Positions 34,134-46,768 of a stretch of DNA of 64,000 nucleotides are shown in pieces. Every line of letters starts with the position of its first letter. Positions within the stretch are counted from its first letter, which is position 1. The notes under the pieces are model-generated. The model saw only the letters and a list, made by a program, of their open reading frames with translations. It searched no databases and was not told where the DNA came from. The translations under genes were made by a program, and so were the position numbers. This stretch comes from an uncultured Gammaproteobacteria bacterium (GTDB lineage Bacteria; Patescibacteriota; Microgenomatia; Woykebacterales; RBG-16-39-9b). The stretch lies in contig OZ246414.1 of NCBI GenBank assembly GCA_965231125.1, positions 448,137 to 512,136 of the forward strand. The letters run 5' to 3'.

Positions 34134-37070
34134 ATGTTTAAAAATGTTTCTTCGAAAGTAGATTTTCCAGAACTAGAAAGAAAAATCTTAGAAAATTGGT
34201 ATAAACAGGGAATTGTTGAGAAGTATCTCGCGAAAAACAAAGCCTCCTCTAAAAAATTCTCTTTTATCGATGGACCAATAACCGCAAATAATCCGATGGG
34301 TGTGCATCATGCTTGGGGGAGGACTTATAAAGACCTGTGGCAAAGATTTTTCAATATGAGAGGTTACAGGCAGCGTTTCCAAAATGGTTTTGACGAGCAG
34401 GGCCTTTGGGTGGAAGTGGAAGTTGAGAGGGAGCTCGGTCTTCGTACCAAAAAAGATATTGAAAACCTTGTTCCTGGAGATATCTTTGAGTCAATTGCCA
34501 AATTCGTTGATTTATGTAAAGAAAGGGTTAAAAAGTTTTCGTCTATCCAAACTGAGCAATCCAAACGCCTTGGCTATTTCATGGATTGGGACAACTCCTA
34601 CCACACATCTTCTGATGAAAACAACTACGCTATTTGGCACTATCTTAAAAATGTTCATGAAAAAGGCTGGCTTTACAAGGGACGAGATAGCGTTCCTTGG
34701 TGCCCGCGCTGCGGGACGGCCATTTCCCAACACGAGATTTTGACGGAAGAATATAAAGAAGTTGTTCATAAGGCAGTTTACTTCAAATTACCGTTAGTTG
34801 ACCGACAAAATGAATACTTGCTGGTGTGGACAACGACTCCGTGGACTATTCCCGGAAACGTTGCGGTTGCAATAAATCCCAAGGAAAAATATGTAACCTT
34901 CCACGGTGAAGGAGATGAAAAACTTTGGGTTATGGAAAAACGCCTTGCTGTTATCGGGAGCGACGAGCCTTTAGATTACAAAATGGGTAGGGAGTTAATA
35001 GGTTGGAAATATCGAGCCCCCTTTGATGACCTTACTCTTGTTCAAAAGAGTCTTAAAAATTACGTACATAGTGTGATTGATGGAGGGGAAATTGTAACGG
35101 AAGTAGAAGGTACTGGTTTGGTTCATATTGCTCCTGGTGCTGGAGAAGAGGATTTTAAACTTCACAAAGAACAAGGGTTTCCGATAATTGAGTTAATCGA
35201 CGAGGCAGCGAACTATATTGATGGTTTGGGAGAGTTTACCGGTCAAAACGCGAAAAAACATCCCGAGTTAATAATTGACTATCTTGAAAAGAAAGATGGC
35301 GGAAAGTTATTACTAAAAACCGAAAACTACAAACACCGCTACCCAACTTGCTGGCGTTGTAAAACAGAACTTGTTTGGCGAGTGGTGGATGAGTGGTATA
35401 TAGCGGTGGACAAACCGTCGAAGGAAAAAGGCAAAAGTAATCCGCCTATTGGCGTCTTGCGTTCTAGCGAACTAAAAAAGTCAAAACTAGAGCAAAAGAC
35501 GTACAGGGAACAAATGAAAGAAGTTATCAAGGAAATAAATTGGATTCCGCCGTGGGGTTACGAGAGGGAATTGGACTGGTTAAACAATTTACACGACTGG
35601 CTAATTTCGAAGGAGCGGTACTGGGGTTTAGCGTTGCCGATTTGGGAATGTGCTAAATGTGGTGATTTTGAGACAATAGGATCGAAAGAGGAGTTAAAAG
35701 GCAGAGCCGTAGAAGGCTGGGACAAGTTTGAGGGAAAGTCCCCGCACCGTCCGTTTGTAGACCTTGTAAAAATAAAATGTGCAAACTGTGGTGAGCTAGT
35801 ATCTAGGATAACCGACGTTGGTAATGTTTGGCTAGATGCAGGGATAGTTCCTTTTTCCACTCTAAAATACTTTCAAGATAAAAATTATTGGCGAGAGTGG
35901 TTTCCAGCGGATTTTATCACGGAGGCTTTTCTCGGACAATTTAAAAATTGGTTTTACTCGCTGGTTGCAATGTCAGCTGCTTTGGAAGGAACAGCCGCCT
36001 TCAAAACGTTGTTGGGACATGGTCAGGTGCGTGATGAAAAGGGTGAAGAGATGCACAAATCTAAGGGAAACGCAATTGAGTTTAATGAGGCGGCGGGCAA
36101 AATCGGAGTGGACGTTATGCGTTGGCTGTACTTAACAAGCAATCCTGAACACAACGTGAATTTTGGTTACCACGCCGCCGATGAAATTCGGCGCCGATTT
36201 TTCCTAATTTTGTGGAACGTTTATGTTTTCTTCGTAACTTATGCAAATATCGATAAATGGCAACCATCAAAAACGGAAAAGGCACCTCTTTCTGATCCAA
36301 TGGATCAGTGGATTATCTCAGAACTAAACTCTCTTATTGATTCCGTCACAAAAAATTTAGAGAAATTTGATGCGGCAAACCCTTCAAAAAAAATAGAAAA
36401 GTTTGTTTTAGATTTATCTACGTGGTACGTGCGCCGAGTGAGAGATAGGATTGGCCCGGCGGCAGACGCAGGTGAGGTTAAAAATAACACTTATCAGGTT
36501 CTTTACACAATTCTATCAGTGCTTAGTAAGTTGGTGGCCCCGCTTACTCCATTCATAAGCGAGGAAATTTATAAGAATCTAACCGGTGGAGAATCGGTGC
36601 ACTTGGTAGATTATCCTTTGGTGGATGAGTCTGTTATTGATAAGACCCTCGGTACACAAATGGGTCAAGTTAGGAAGCTTGCCGAGCTAGGGCACTCGTT
36701 GAGAAAAGGTGAGGGTGTTAAAGTTAGACAACCCTTGAATAAATTTACTTACGGTAAAGAGTTTAAGAAATTACCGGATAGCTTAGAAAAAATTCTGGCT
36801 GAAGAATTGAATGTAAAAAACATAGCGTACAATAAAGAGACGTCTTTTTCCTTAGACACCTCTATAACAGACGAATTACAAAAAGAAGGGCAAGCCCGGC
36901 AGCTTGTTAGACAAATTCAAGAAAAAAGAAAAGAGGCAGGATGTCGCCTTGATGAGTTAGTTACCGTGCAACTGCCTGACTGGCCCGAAAGTTTCGAAGA
37001 TTATATTAAACGAGAAACGTTAGCAAGAAACTTAGTTAAAAGCGCGTCCATTAGTATAATTAAAGGCTAA
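34134..37070 (+). CDS. ileS: class I aminoacyl-tRNA synthetase of the Ile/Val/Leu family, most like isoleucyl-tRNA synthetase
   Basis: N-terminus DGP.TANN...YKD...GFDEQGLWVEVEVE aligns with IleRS (DGPPYANG.IHIGH...ILKD...GWDCHGLPIE); KMHKSKGN (KMSKS); zinc-knuckle WCPRCGT; 978 aa. The HIGH position reads GVHH. Confidence 0.6.
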   Translation: MFKNVSSKVDFPELERKILENWYKQGIVEKYLAKNKASSKKFSFIDGPITANNPMGVHHAWGRTYKDLWQRFFNMRGYRQRFQNGFDEQGLWVEVEVERELGLRTKKDIENLVPGDIFESIAKFVDLCKERVKKFSSIQTEQSKRLGYFMDWDNSYHTSSDENNYAIWHYLKNVHEKGWLYKGRDSVPWCPRCGTAISQHEILTEEYKEVVHKAVYFKLPLVDRQNEYLLVWTTTPWTIPGNVAVAINPKEKYVTFHGEGDEKLWVMEKRLAVIGSDEPLDYKMGRELIGWKYRAPFDDLTLVQKSLKNYVHSVIDGGEIVTEVEGTGLVHIAPGAGEEDFKLHKEQGFPIIELIDEAANYIDGLGEFTGQNAKKHPELIIDYLEKKDGGKLLLKTENYKHRYPTCWRCKTELVWRVVDEWYIAVDKPSKEKGKSNPPIGVLRSSELKKSKLEQKTYREQMKEVIKEINWIPPWGYERELDWLNNLHDWLISKERYWGLALPIWECAKCGDFETIGSKEELKGRAVEGWDKFEGKSPHRPFVDLVKIKCANCGELVSRITDVGNVWLDAGIVPFSTLKYFQDKNYWREWFPADFITEAFLGQFKNWFYSLVAMSAALEGTAAFKTLLGHGQVRDEKGEEMHKSKGNAIEFNEAAGKIGVDVMRWLYLTSNPEHNVNFGYHAADEIRRRFFLILWNVYVFFVTYANIDKWQPSKTEKAPLSDPMDQWIISELNSLIDSVTKNLEKFDAANPSKKIEKFVLDLSTWYVRRVRDRIGPAADAGEVKNNTYQVLYTILSVLSKLVAPLTPFISEEIYKNLTGGESVHLVDYPLVDESVIDKTLGTQMGQVRKLAELGHSLRKGEGVKVRQPLNKFTYGKEFKKLPDSLEKILAEELNVKNIAYNKETSFSLDTSITDELQKEGQARQLVRQIQEKRKEAGCRLDELVTVQLPDWPESFEDYIKRETLARNLVKSASISIIKG

Positions 37071-37072
37071 TT

Positions 37073-38182
37073 TTGATGCCAAATTTTTTGAATAGGATAG
37101 ATTGGATTCTTTTCTTGCCGGCGGTACTATCTTCTTTAATCGGTATTTTAATGATCTACAGCGCCTCCGTTGGCACCGATAAAGTAGATTATAGTTTTGT
37201 AAACAGGCAGGTTCTTTATTTAATTTTTGGAGTTGTAGTCTACGTTATTGTTACGAATATAAATTACCGACTTATCTCTAACCTATCCTTAGTATTTTAC
37301 GTTTTGACTATTTTATTACTAATTCTCACATTTTTCATTGGTCATGTGACGAGAGGATCAACAAGATGGATAGATATCGGATTTATTACTGTTCAACCAT
37401 CAGAAATAGCGAAACCAGTGATTATTTTGGTTCTTTCTTGGTTTTTTTCTAAATACCCGCCCACCTATCTAAAAAACATTTTAATTTCTTTGGTGCTAAC
37501 TGCAGTTCCTGCTTTCTTAGTATTTTTACAGCCGGATCTTGGCAATACTCTTATAATAATTGCTCTTTGGGCAGTTTTGGTTTTCTCCGCTGGTATAAGA
37601 TTCTTCGCCGCCGCTATCTTTATTGCGAGTGCTTTTTTGGCGGCTCCGCTGATCTGGCATTTTTTGAAAACCTACCAAAGAGACAGATTGATTAGTTTTT
37701 TGAGCCCGGAAGAGGATCCTTTGGGTACAGGTTACAATTTGGTTCAGTCGATCATAGCAGTTGGTAGTGGGGGCCTTTTTGGTAGAGGTTTTGGTAGAGG
37801 AACCCAGAGTCATTTAAATTTTTTACCAGAACAAAAAACAGATTTTATTTTTGCTACTACAGCGGAGGAACTAGGTTTTCTAGGAGTTAGTTTACTGGTG
37901 GGGTTACTCTTGGTCATAATTTACCGAGTTATAAAAACGGTGGTAGTATCGCAAGACCCCGTTGGATCGCTCATTTGCATCGGCGTATCCACAATGCTTG
38001 TTATTCATGTGTTTATAAACATTGGGATGAATATTGGGCTTTTTCCAGTTACTGGTATTACTCTACCGTTAGTTTCTTTCGGCGGCAGTTCCTTAATATC
38101 GATAATGGTTTGCTTAGGATTAGTAAATTCAGTTTCTATCGGCGAGAAAAAATCCGCCCGTGATACATTACGAACCAGTTGA
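37073..38182 (+). CDS. rodA: SEDS-family protein RodA-like
   Basis: Second SEDS paralog, outside the dcw cluster, 369 aa. Confidence 0.65.
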   Translation: MMPNFLNRIDWILFLPAVLSSLIGILMIYSASVGTDKVDYSFVNRQVLYLIFGVVVYVIVTNINYRLISNLSLVFYVLTILLLILTFFIGHVTRGSTRWIDIGFITVQPSEIAKPVIILVLSWFFSKYPPTYLKNILISLVLTAVPAFLVFLQPDLGNTLIIIALWAVLVFSAGIRFFAAAIFIASAFLAAPLIWHFLKTYQRDRLISFLSPEEDPLGTGYNLVQSIIAVGSGGLFGRGFGRGTQSHLNFLPEQKTDFIFATTAEELGFLGVSLLVGLLLVIIYRVIKTVVVSQDPVGSLICIGVSTMLVIHVFINIGMNIGLFPVTGITLPLVSFGGSSLISIMVCLGLVNSVSIGEKKSARDTLRTS

Positions 38183-38207
38183 CATATTTTTCCAAAGCCT
38201 ATATTAT
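38179..38207 (+). promoter_or_regulatory. near-consensus sigma70-like promoter abutting the rplU start codon (leaderless candidate)
   Basis: TTGACA at 38179-84, 17-nt spacer, TATTAT at 38202-07; ATG at 38214 lies 7 nt after the -10 box. Confidence 0.4.
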
Positions 38208-38213
38208 TACCTT

Positions 38214-38525
38214 ATGAAGTACGCAGTTTTTTCCACATCTGGTAAGCAGTATTTAGTTTCAGAGGGACAGGAACTTTTGGTTGACAAAGTTGATAGCAAT
38301 GAAAAAGGGCCTGTAGAATTTGATAAGGTACTACTTACAGTTGATGATAAAAAAGTTAAAGTTGGTGAGCCTTTCCTGGGCTCTAAGATTAAAGCAGTTG
38401 TCACGGACCAAATAAAAAGCAAAAAAGTAAGAGTCTTTAAATACAAAGCTAAGACTGGTTATCACAAAACCCAAGGTCACAGACAACAGTTAACCAAAAT
38501 AAAAATAGAAAAAATAGAAGTCTAA
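38214..38525 (+). CDS. rplU: 50S ribosomal protein L21
   Basis: [19 protein letters not shown] matches the L21 N-terminus; in-frame upstream extension in the ORF track is unlikely. Confidence 0.85.
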   Translation: MKYAVFSTSGKQYLVSEGQELLVDKVDSNEKGPVEFDKVLLTVDDKKVKVGEPFLGSKIKAVVTDQIKSKKVRVFKYKAKTGYHKTQGHRQQLTKIKIEKIEV

Positions 38526-38536
38526 AAAGAAAAATT

Positions 38537-38785
38537 ATGGCGCATAAAAAATCAGGTGGTTCAAAAGCAAGACAAGGATCCAAACCAGCCGGCAAAAGAC
38601 TTGGCTTTAAGGTTTATTCCGGTCAGAAAGTTAAGGCGGGCGGAATTATAATCCGTCAAAGAGGAACAAAATTCCAGGCTGGAGCCGGTGTGGGTTTGGG
38701 AAAAGATCATTCTATTTTCTCCAAGAGCCAAGGAGTAGTTAAAGTAAAAATAAGAGAAGGTAAAAAAATAATTGAGGTTATTTAA
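38537..38785 (+). CDS. rpmA: 50S ribosomal protein L27
   Basis: [26 protein letters not shown] is the L27 N-terminus. Confidence 0.9.
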   Translation: MAHKKSGGSKARQGSKPAGKRLGFKVYSGQKVKAGGIIIRQRGTKFQAGAGVGLGKDHSIFSKSQGVVKVKIREGKKIIEVI

Positions 38786-38793
38786 GATAGTTT

Positions 38794-39588
38794 ATGGAAG
38801 TAGAAATAGAATCAGTTGAAATAGATATTGACGCTCTTCAACCTAATCCATTGCAGCCTAGAGGGCAAATTCTTCCTGATAGTATCGTTGAACTCGCAGA
38901 ATCTATAAGAGAGCATGGTGTACTTGAACCAATTATAGTCGCAAAGACTCCAGCTGGTTATCAAATTATAGCCGGAGAAAGACGCTGGCGAGCGGCAAAA
39001 CTGGCGGCGGTAGCCAGAGTACCCGTGGTGATAAAAGAGACAACCACTCAAGGGATGCTTGAGATGGCTATTGTTGAAAACGTCCAAAGAGTAGATCTTA
39101 ACCCGATTGAGAGAGCCCAAGCCTACCGGCGGTTAATCGAAGAGTTTGGTTTGACAAGTACTGAAATAGGCCAACGGGTCGGAAAGAGTGGTCCCTATAT
39201 TTCAAATACACTTAGACTTTTGGATTTACCGGATGCTTTGAAAGACGGACTTCTCTCTGGTGCTATTGCCGAAGGGCACGCGAAAGCGATATTAGGTCTG
39301 GAAGATATTAACTTGATGATTTCTGCCTACAAGCAAGTTTTGGCCGAGAGTTTGGGAGTACGGGCTACTGAAGAGATGGTACGCCGGATGAAGGCTGGGG
39401 CGCAGATAAAACCTCGAAGCGGGAGAACTTACGAGCACACACCGGATGTGTCCAGGATAGAAGAAGAAATAGCCGGTTCAACAAATGTTAAAGTGAAACT
39501 TCTAAAATCTTCAAGAGGTGGCCGGCTTCTTTTGATTTTCAAGACGGACAAAGAGCTTGAAATGCTACACAAAAAATTAACTAGCTAG
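38794..39588 (+). CDS. parB: ParB/Spo0J-family partition protein
   Basis: LEPIIVAKTPAGYQIIAGERRWRAAKLA ParB box; HTH; no adjacent parA. Confidence 0.8.
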   Translation: MEVEIESVEIDIDALQPNPLQPRGQILPDSIVELAESIREHGVLEPIIVAKTPAGYQIIAGERRWRAAKLAAVARVPVVIKETTTQGMLEMAIVENVQRVDLNPIERAQAYRRLIEEFGLTSTEIGQRVGKSGPYISNTLRLLDLPDALKDGLLSGAIAEGHAKAILGLEDINLMISAYKQVLAESLGVRATEEMVRRMKAGAQIKPRSGRTYEHTPDVSRIEEEIAGSTNVKVKLLKSSRGGRLLLIFKTDKELEMLHKKLTS

Positions 39589-40157
39589 TAATTTATTCCC
39601 TTAATGAAAGTAAGTTTGTTTGGTGGCCAGTAACGTATCCAGGCTTTTCCAATAATGTTTTTTCTGGGCACTTCTCCCCACGATCTTGAATCGAAGCTTT
39701 GCGACCTGTTATCACCCAGGACAAAATAGTTGGCCGCATCTACTTTGAACACTTTTCCATTTTCCAAAAGAGTTCCGGGGTCCGTAGGACCATCTGTTCT
39801 ATAAGGTTCATTTAGGGAAAATCCTTGTGGATGCGCGTCGTTCTTAATTATTATTTTACTCCCCTTTATTTGAATTGTTTCTCCAGGGAGTCCGATGACT
39901 CTTTTTATATAATCAAAGTTGGGGTCTACCGGAGCCTTGAAAATAACTATATCGCCTCGTTTTGGGTTACTAAATCGATAGCTTATCTTGTTGGTCAAAA
40001 TGTATTGACCATCACTTAAATTGGGTTCCATCGAGGAGCCTCGAACTTGATGGGGTTGAACAAGAAGTAAATAGACAACTACAAAAATTGCGGCCGCAAC
40101 AACAATCGTTTCAATTATGTCAACAAAATATCCCCATATGGGGTGCTGTTCTTCCAT
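39585..40157 (-). CDS. lepB: signal peptidase I
   Basis: GSSMEPNL (Ser box), GDIVIFK, YIKRVIGLPGE (Lys box). Confidence 0.8.
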   Translation of the reverse strand: MEEQHPIWGYFVDIIETIVVAAAIFVVVYLLLVQPHQVRGSSMEPNLSDGQYILTNKISYRFSNPKRGDIVIFKAPVDPNFDYIKRVIGLPGETIQIKGSKIIIKNDAHPQGFSLNEPYRTDGPTDPGTLLENGKVFKVDAANYFVLGDNRSQSFDSRSWGEVPRKNIIGKAWIRYWPPNKLTFIKGINY

Positions 40158-40261
40158 AAATTGTGGTTATTTAAAGTATAAGGCCCGCGGCTTTGCTTTT
40201 CAATAAGGAAATTTGCTAAAATGTGGTTCGTAGGTCACTTAGCTCAGCTGGTAAAGGACCT

Positions 40262-40335
40262 GGTCGTGTAGCTCAGTTGGTTAGAGCGTACGGTTCACAT
40301 CCGTAAGGTCCCTGGTTCGAACCCAGGCACGACCA
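40262..40335 (+). tRNA. tRNA-Val (anticodon CAC)
   Basis: Cloverleaf GGTCGTG/CACGACC acceptor, anticodon loop TTCACAT, TTCGAAC T-loop; CCA encoded at 40336-38. Confidence 0.85.
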
Positions 40336-40383
40336 CCAAATTGCTTCTTGCCAAACTTCTCTCTTCCTGTTATATAATCAATA

Positions 40384-43100
<2,717 letters not shown>

Positions 43101-43115
43101 TATTAAAACGTTTAA

Positions 43116-44711
43116 ATGAAAAATTCAAAGTTTAAGAACGCTTTGGTTAGTGTCTATAAGAAAACCCCTCAAGTAATCAAATTTGCCAAAAATTTAACTC
43201 GTTTGGGGTTTAACATTTATGCAAGTTCCGGTACTGCCGAATTCCTTTTTCAAAACAAAATCGAGGTAATTGATGTTGAAAAGCTAACTGGGTTTCCCGC
43301 GATATTGGACCATCGGGTTGTTACACTGCATCCAAAAATTCACGCTGGTATTTTAGCGAAGGAAACAAACGAGAATTTGACGCAGTTGAAAAAACTCAAA
43401 ATACCAAAGTTTGATTTGGTTGTAGTGGATCTGTATCCAGTTTGGAACGGCATTAAATCTAGTGACGTGGAGAAAGCGTTAGACCTTGTTGACATCGGTG
43501 GTCCAACGCTGCTTAGAGGGGCGGCTAAGAATTTTAACAACGGCAGGATTGTTATATGTGATATTAAAGATGCAAACCTTGTTACAAGGCAGTTGAAAAG
43601 GGAGGGCGAGGTTGGTTTTGAAACAAGAAAAAAATTAGCGGCGAAAGTGTTTAAACTGATGGAAAAATATGACGGTGCGATTGCAGAATTTCTCGAAAAC
43701 AAAGCCAAAGTTGAGACTTTAAATTTAAAATTCTCTCAAGAAACAAAGTTAAGATACGGTGAAAATCCTCACCAGAAAGCAAGCTTTTACCAAAATGAAA
43801 ATTCAAAAGACTCTCTTGCAATTCAAAAATTCAAGAAAATCCAAGGCAAAGAGCTTTCCTTTAACAATTTTTTGGACATAGACGTTGCAATATTTGCGCT
43901 AGCCTATCTGGGTGCTCGTAAGCCAGCGTGCGTCATTATTAAGCACACTAACCCGGCCGGATTTTCAATTAAAGAGACCATAAGTAAGGCTTATGAATCT
44001 GCTTGGTACGATGGCGATCCCCAAGCTGCCTTTGGTGGAATTATAGGAGTCAATCGAAAGGTTGATAAAAATCTGGCTAAGAAAATTTTGTTGGGGAGGA
44101 AAGGAGAAAAAAAGTTTCTTGAGATATTAGTTGCTCCATCGGTAGATAGAGATGCTTTAGAAATTCTATCAGAAAGAAAAGATTTGAGGGTGTTGATTAA
44201 CCCCTCTCTAAAAAACCCAAGTTTGTCCAAGGAAAAAGATTTTAAAAAAGTTCGCGGTGGTATCTTGTATCAAGACCCGGATTCTTTGGATATAACCCAA
44301 AGGGATCTAAGGATTGTTACCAAGACAAAACCGACAAAAGTTCAAATTGAAGATCTACTTTTGGCATGGAAGGCGGTTAAGATCTGTAAGTCAAATGCAA
44401 TTTGTATTGTAAAGGGAGGTGTTCTCATTTCTTCTGGAGTCGGCCAGCAAGATAGAAAGGAAAGTTGCAGAATTGCTTTAGCCAAGGCAACTGATATAAA
44501 TAGAGGTAAGTCAAAATCTACTCCGGTCGGTGCTGTTGCTGCATCGGATGCTTTTTTCCCTTTTTCCGATGGGCCAGAAATTTTGATAAAGGCGGGAATA
44601 GAGGCGATTATTCAGCCAGGCGGCTCAATTCGTGACCAGGAAACAATTGATCTCTGCAATCACCACAAGGTCCCGATGGTTTTTACGCAAGTACGATCCT
44701 TCAAACACTAA
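43116..44711 (+). CDS. purH: bifunctional AICAR transformylase / IMP cyclohydrolase
   Basis: MGS-like N-domain (ALVSVYKK...ASSGTA) and AICARFT domain; 531 aa; residues about 175-272 are the source of the inverted copy at 51793-52088. Confidence 0.9.
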   Translation: MKNSKFKNALVSVYKKTPQVIKFAKNLTRLGFNIYASSGTAEFLFQNKIEVIDVEKLTGFPAILDHRVVTLHPKIHAGILAKETNENLTQLKKLKIPKFDLVVVDLYPVWNGIKSSDVEKALDLVDIGGPTLLRGAAKNFNNGRIVICDIKDANLVTRQLKREGEVGFETRKKLAAKVFKLMEKYDGAIAEFLENKAKVETLNLKFSQETKLRYGENPHQKASFYQNENSKDSLAIQKFKKIQGKELSFNNFLDIDVAIFALAYLGARKPACVIIKHTNPAGFSIKETISKAYESAWYDGDPQAAFGGIIGVNRKVDKNLAKKILLGRKGEKKFLEILVAPSVDRDALEILSERKDLRVLINPSLKNPSLSKEKDFKKVRGGILYQDPDSLDITQRDLRIVTKTKPTKVQIEDLLLAWKAVKICKSNAICIVKGGVLISSGVGQQDRKESCRIALAKATDINRGKSKSTPVGAVAASDAFFPFSDGPEILIKAGIEAIIQPGGSIRDQETIDLCNHHKVPMVFTQVRSFKH

Positions 44712-44765
44712 GTGTTATCTTTTCAGTAAAAAAGTTTTGTGTTATTGTAATTAATACATTGCCGA

Positions 44766-45467
44766 ATGTTGGCAGTACCCACATTTGAATTTGTGAAAAA
44801 TATTGCCGTTCTTATATCGGACAAAGGAACAGGGACAAATCTTCAATCAATAATTGATGCTACTAAGGGAGGTGAAATAGACGGAAAGGTGGTTGTTGTC
44901 GTCAGCAACACTTCCAAAGCATTTGGTTTACAAAGAGCGCAGAAGCACAGCATTCCTACTGAAGTATTTGGTTGGAAAAAATATCAAGAATCAGGTAGAA
45001 GTCGGGAGGAATATTCAAAAGATCTAACTAAACTTTTGCAAAAATACAAACTAGATCTTGTTGTTCTCGCCGGTTGGATTTTAATTTTAAAAAAAGAGTT
45101 TTTTGAACAGTTTCCTTATGTTTTAAACATCCATCCCGGTTTAATTCCGGATACGCCCGGAAAAAAAGTCTATTTCCCGGATGGCAAAGAAGCACCGACC
45201 AACGAGCAGATGCACACGGAAAACGCAATAGGAGCTTTTTTAAATGGCGGTTACAAATATGCAGGGTCTACTGTCCATTTCGCAACGCCGACGGCGGATT
45301 GGGGGCCAGTGGTTTTTAGAGATTTTGAGGAAATAAAAAAAGACGATACGGTGGATTCTCTTTACACCCGGCTAAAGAAAAAAGAACACAAAATGTTAGT
45401 AACTGCCGTAAAACTTTTTTGCGAGGGAAAATTAACTGGAGAAAAGATTGGGAAAATAATACAATGA
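44766..45467 (+). CDS. purN: phosphoribosylglycinamide formyltransferase-like
   Basis: IAVLISDKGTGTNLQSIIDA formyltransferase start; the C-terminal part is unusual. Confidence 0.7.
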   Translation: MLAVPTFEFVKNIAVLISDKGTGTNLQSIIDATKGGEIDGKVVVVVSNTSKAFGLQRAQKHSIPTEVFGWKKYQESGRSREEYSKDLTKLLQKYKLDLVVLAGWILILKKEFFEQFPYVLNIHPGLIPDTPGKKVYFPDGKEAPTNEQMHTENAIGAFLNGGYKYAGSTVHFATPTADWGPVVFRDFEEIKKDDTVDSLYTRLKKKEHKMLVTAVKLFCEGKLTGEKIGKIIQ

Positions 45468-46768
45468 ATGTGTTGGTCTTGGGGGGTGGTGGTCGCGAGC
45501 ATTGTCTTGTTTCTGCATACAGCAAAAGTTCTCAGGTAAAAAAATTATATGTGGTTCCAGGAAATGGACTAATGAATTTTTTAGAAGAGAAGCCTATCAA
45601 AATTTATCCTTATTTTAAACCAACTGATAAAAAATCAATTTGGGAAGTAGTTTCAAAAGAAAAGATTGATTTAGTTGATGTGGCTCAAGACGATCCTCTT
45701 GCGGAAGGTACGGTTGATTATTTAGAAAGTAAGGCTGTTGCAACATTTGGACCCAGTCAAAAGGCAGCGCAGTTGGAGTGGAGTAAAGACTGGTCTAGAA
45801 ATTTTATGAAAAGGCACTCGCTTCCAATTCCTAGCTTTGCTACTTTTAACATCGTTAACCAAGCGAAAGATTACATAAAAAAACTCCCCTCGGGGAGTTT
45901 TTTCGTTAAGGCCTCCGGACTTGCTGCTGGTAAAGGGGCGATTAGAGCAGATAATAAAAATGAGGCTTACAAGGCAGTTGAAAGGATGAAAGAATTTGGC
46001 GGGTCCGGTAAAACTTTTTTAATTGAAGAATGCTTGGAGGGTGAAGAAGTATCCGTTTATGCTATTTGCGACGGGAGAAATTTTAAACTGCTAAAGGTAG
46101 CTCAGGACAATAAGCAAGTTTACAATTTCGATGAAGGGCCGAACACTGGCGGAATGGGTGCTAACGCTCCAGCTTTGGTGGCAAATAAGAGTGTTATAAA
46201 TAAAGTAGAAACGATGGTTAAGAAGACCCTGCTTGGGATGGAAAAAGAAGGCAGAATTTACAAAGGAGTGCTTTACCTTGGATTAATTATTACAAAGGAC
46301 GGGGAACCCAAAATTATCGAATTCAACGCTCGTTGGGGCGATCCAGAAACTCAAGTGGTACTGCCCGGTGTAAAAAATGATTATGTAGATTTAGTTACGG
46401 CTTGTATTGATGGGAAACTGGATAAAATAAATATTTCCCAGGACAATAAAACCCGCGTTTGTGTAGTTGGGGCCTGCCGTGGTTATCCAAACGATTATTC
46501 TGCGGTGCAAGGGAAGGAAATTTTTGGTATTAAAGAGGTAATGAACGCTCAAGGAGTCAGCGTTTACGGTGCTGGTGTTAGCCGCAAAGGGGAGCGGTTT
46601 TTTGTTAACGGGGGAAGGGTGTTAAATGTTGTTGGTGAGGGAAAAGATATTATCGAAGCACGCGCAAAAGCCTACAGTTCAATTTCACTTATAAGAATTG
46701 AAGGTAATAATATGCATTATCGAACAGATATCGGTTGGCGTGATGTAGAAAGGAATGCCTATGCTTGA
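45464..46768 (+). CDS. purD: phosphoribosylamine--glycine ligase
   Basis: MNVLVLGGGGREH N-terminus, ATP-grasp; start chosen at the internal Met of the ORF-track frame. Confidence 0.85.
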   Translation: MNVLVLGGGGREHCLVSAYSKSSQVKKLYVVPGNGLMNFLEEKPIKIYPYFKPTDKKSIWEVVSKEKIDLVDVAQDDPLAEGTVDYLESKAVATFGPSQKAAQLEWSKDWSRNFMKRHSLPIPSFATFNIVNQAKDYIKKLPSGSFFVKASGLAAGKGAIRADNKNEAYKAVERMKEFGGSGKTFLIEECLEGEEVSVYAICDGRNFKLLKVAQDNKQVYNFDEGPNTGGMGANAPALVANKSVINKVETMVKKTLLGMEKEGRIYKGVLYLGLIITKDGEPKIIEFNARWGDPETQVVLPGVKNDYVDLVTACIDGKLDKINISQDNKTRVCVVGACRGYPNDYSAVQGKEIFGIKEVMNAQGVSVYGAGVSRKGERFFVNGGRVLNVVGEGKDIIEARAKAYSSISLIRIEGNNMHYRTDIGWRDVERNAYA

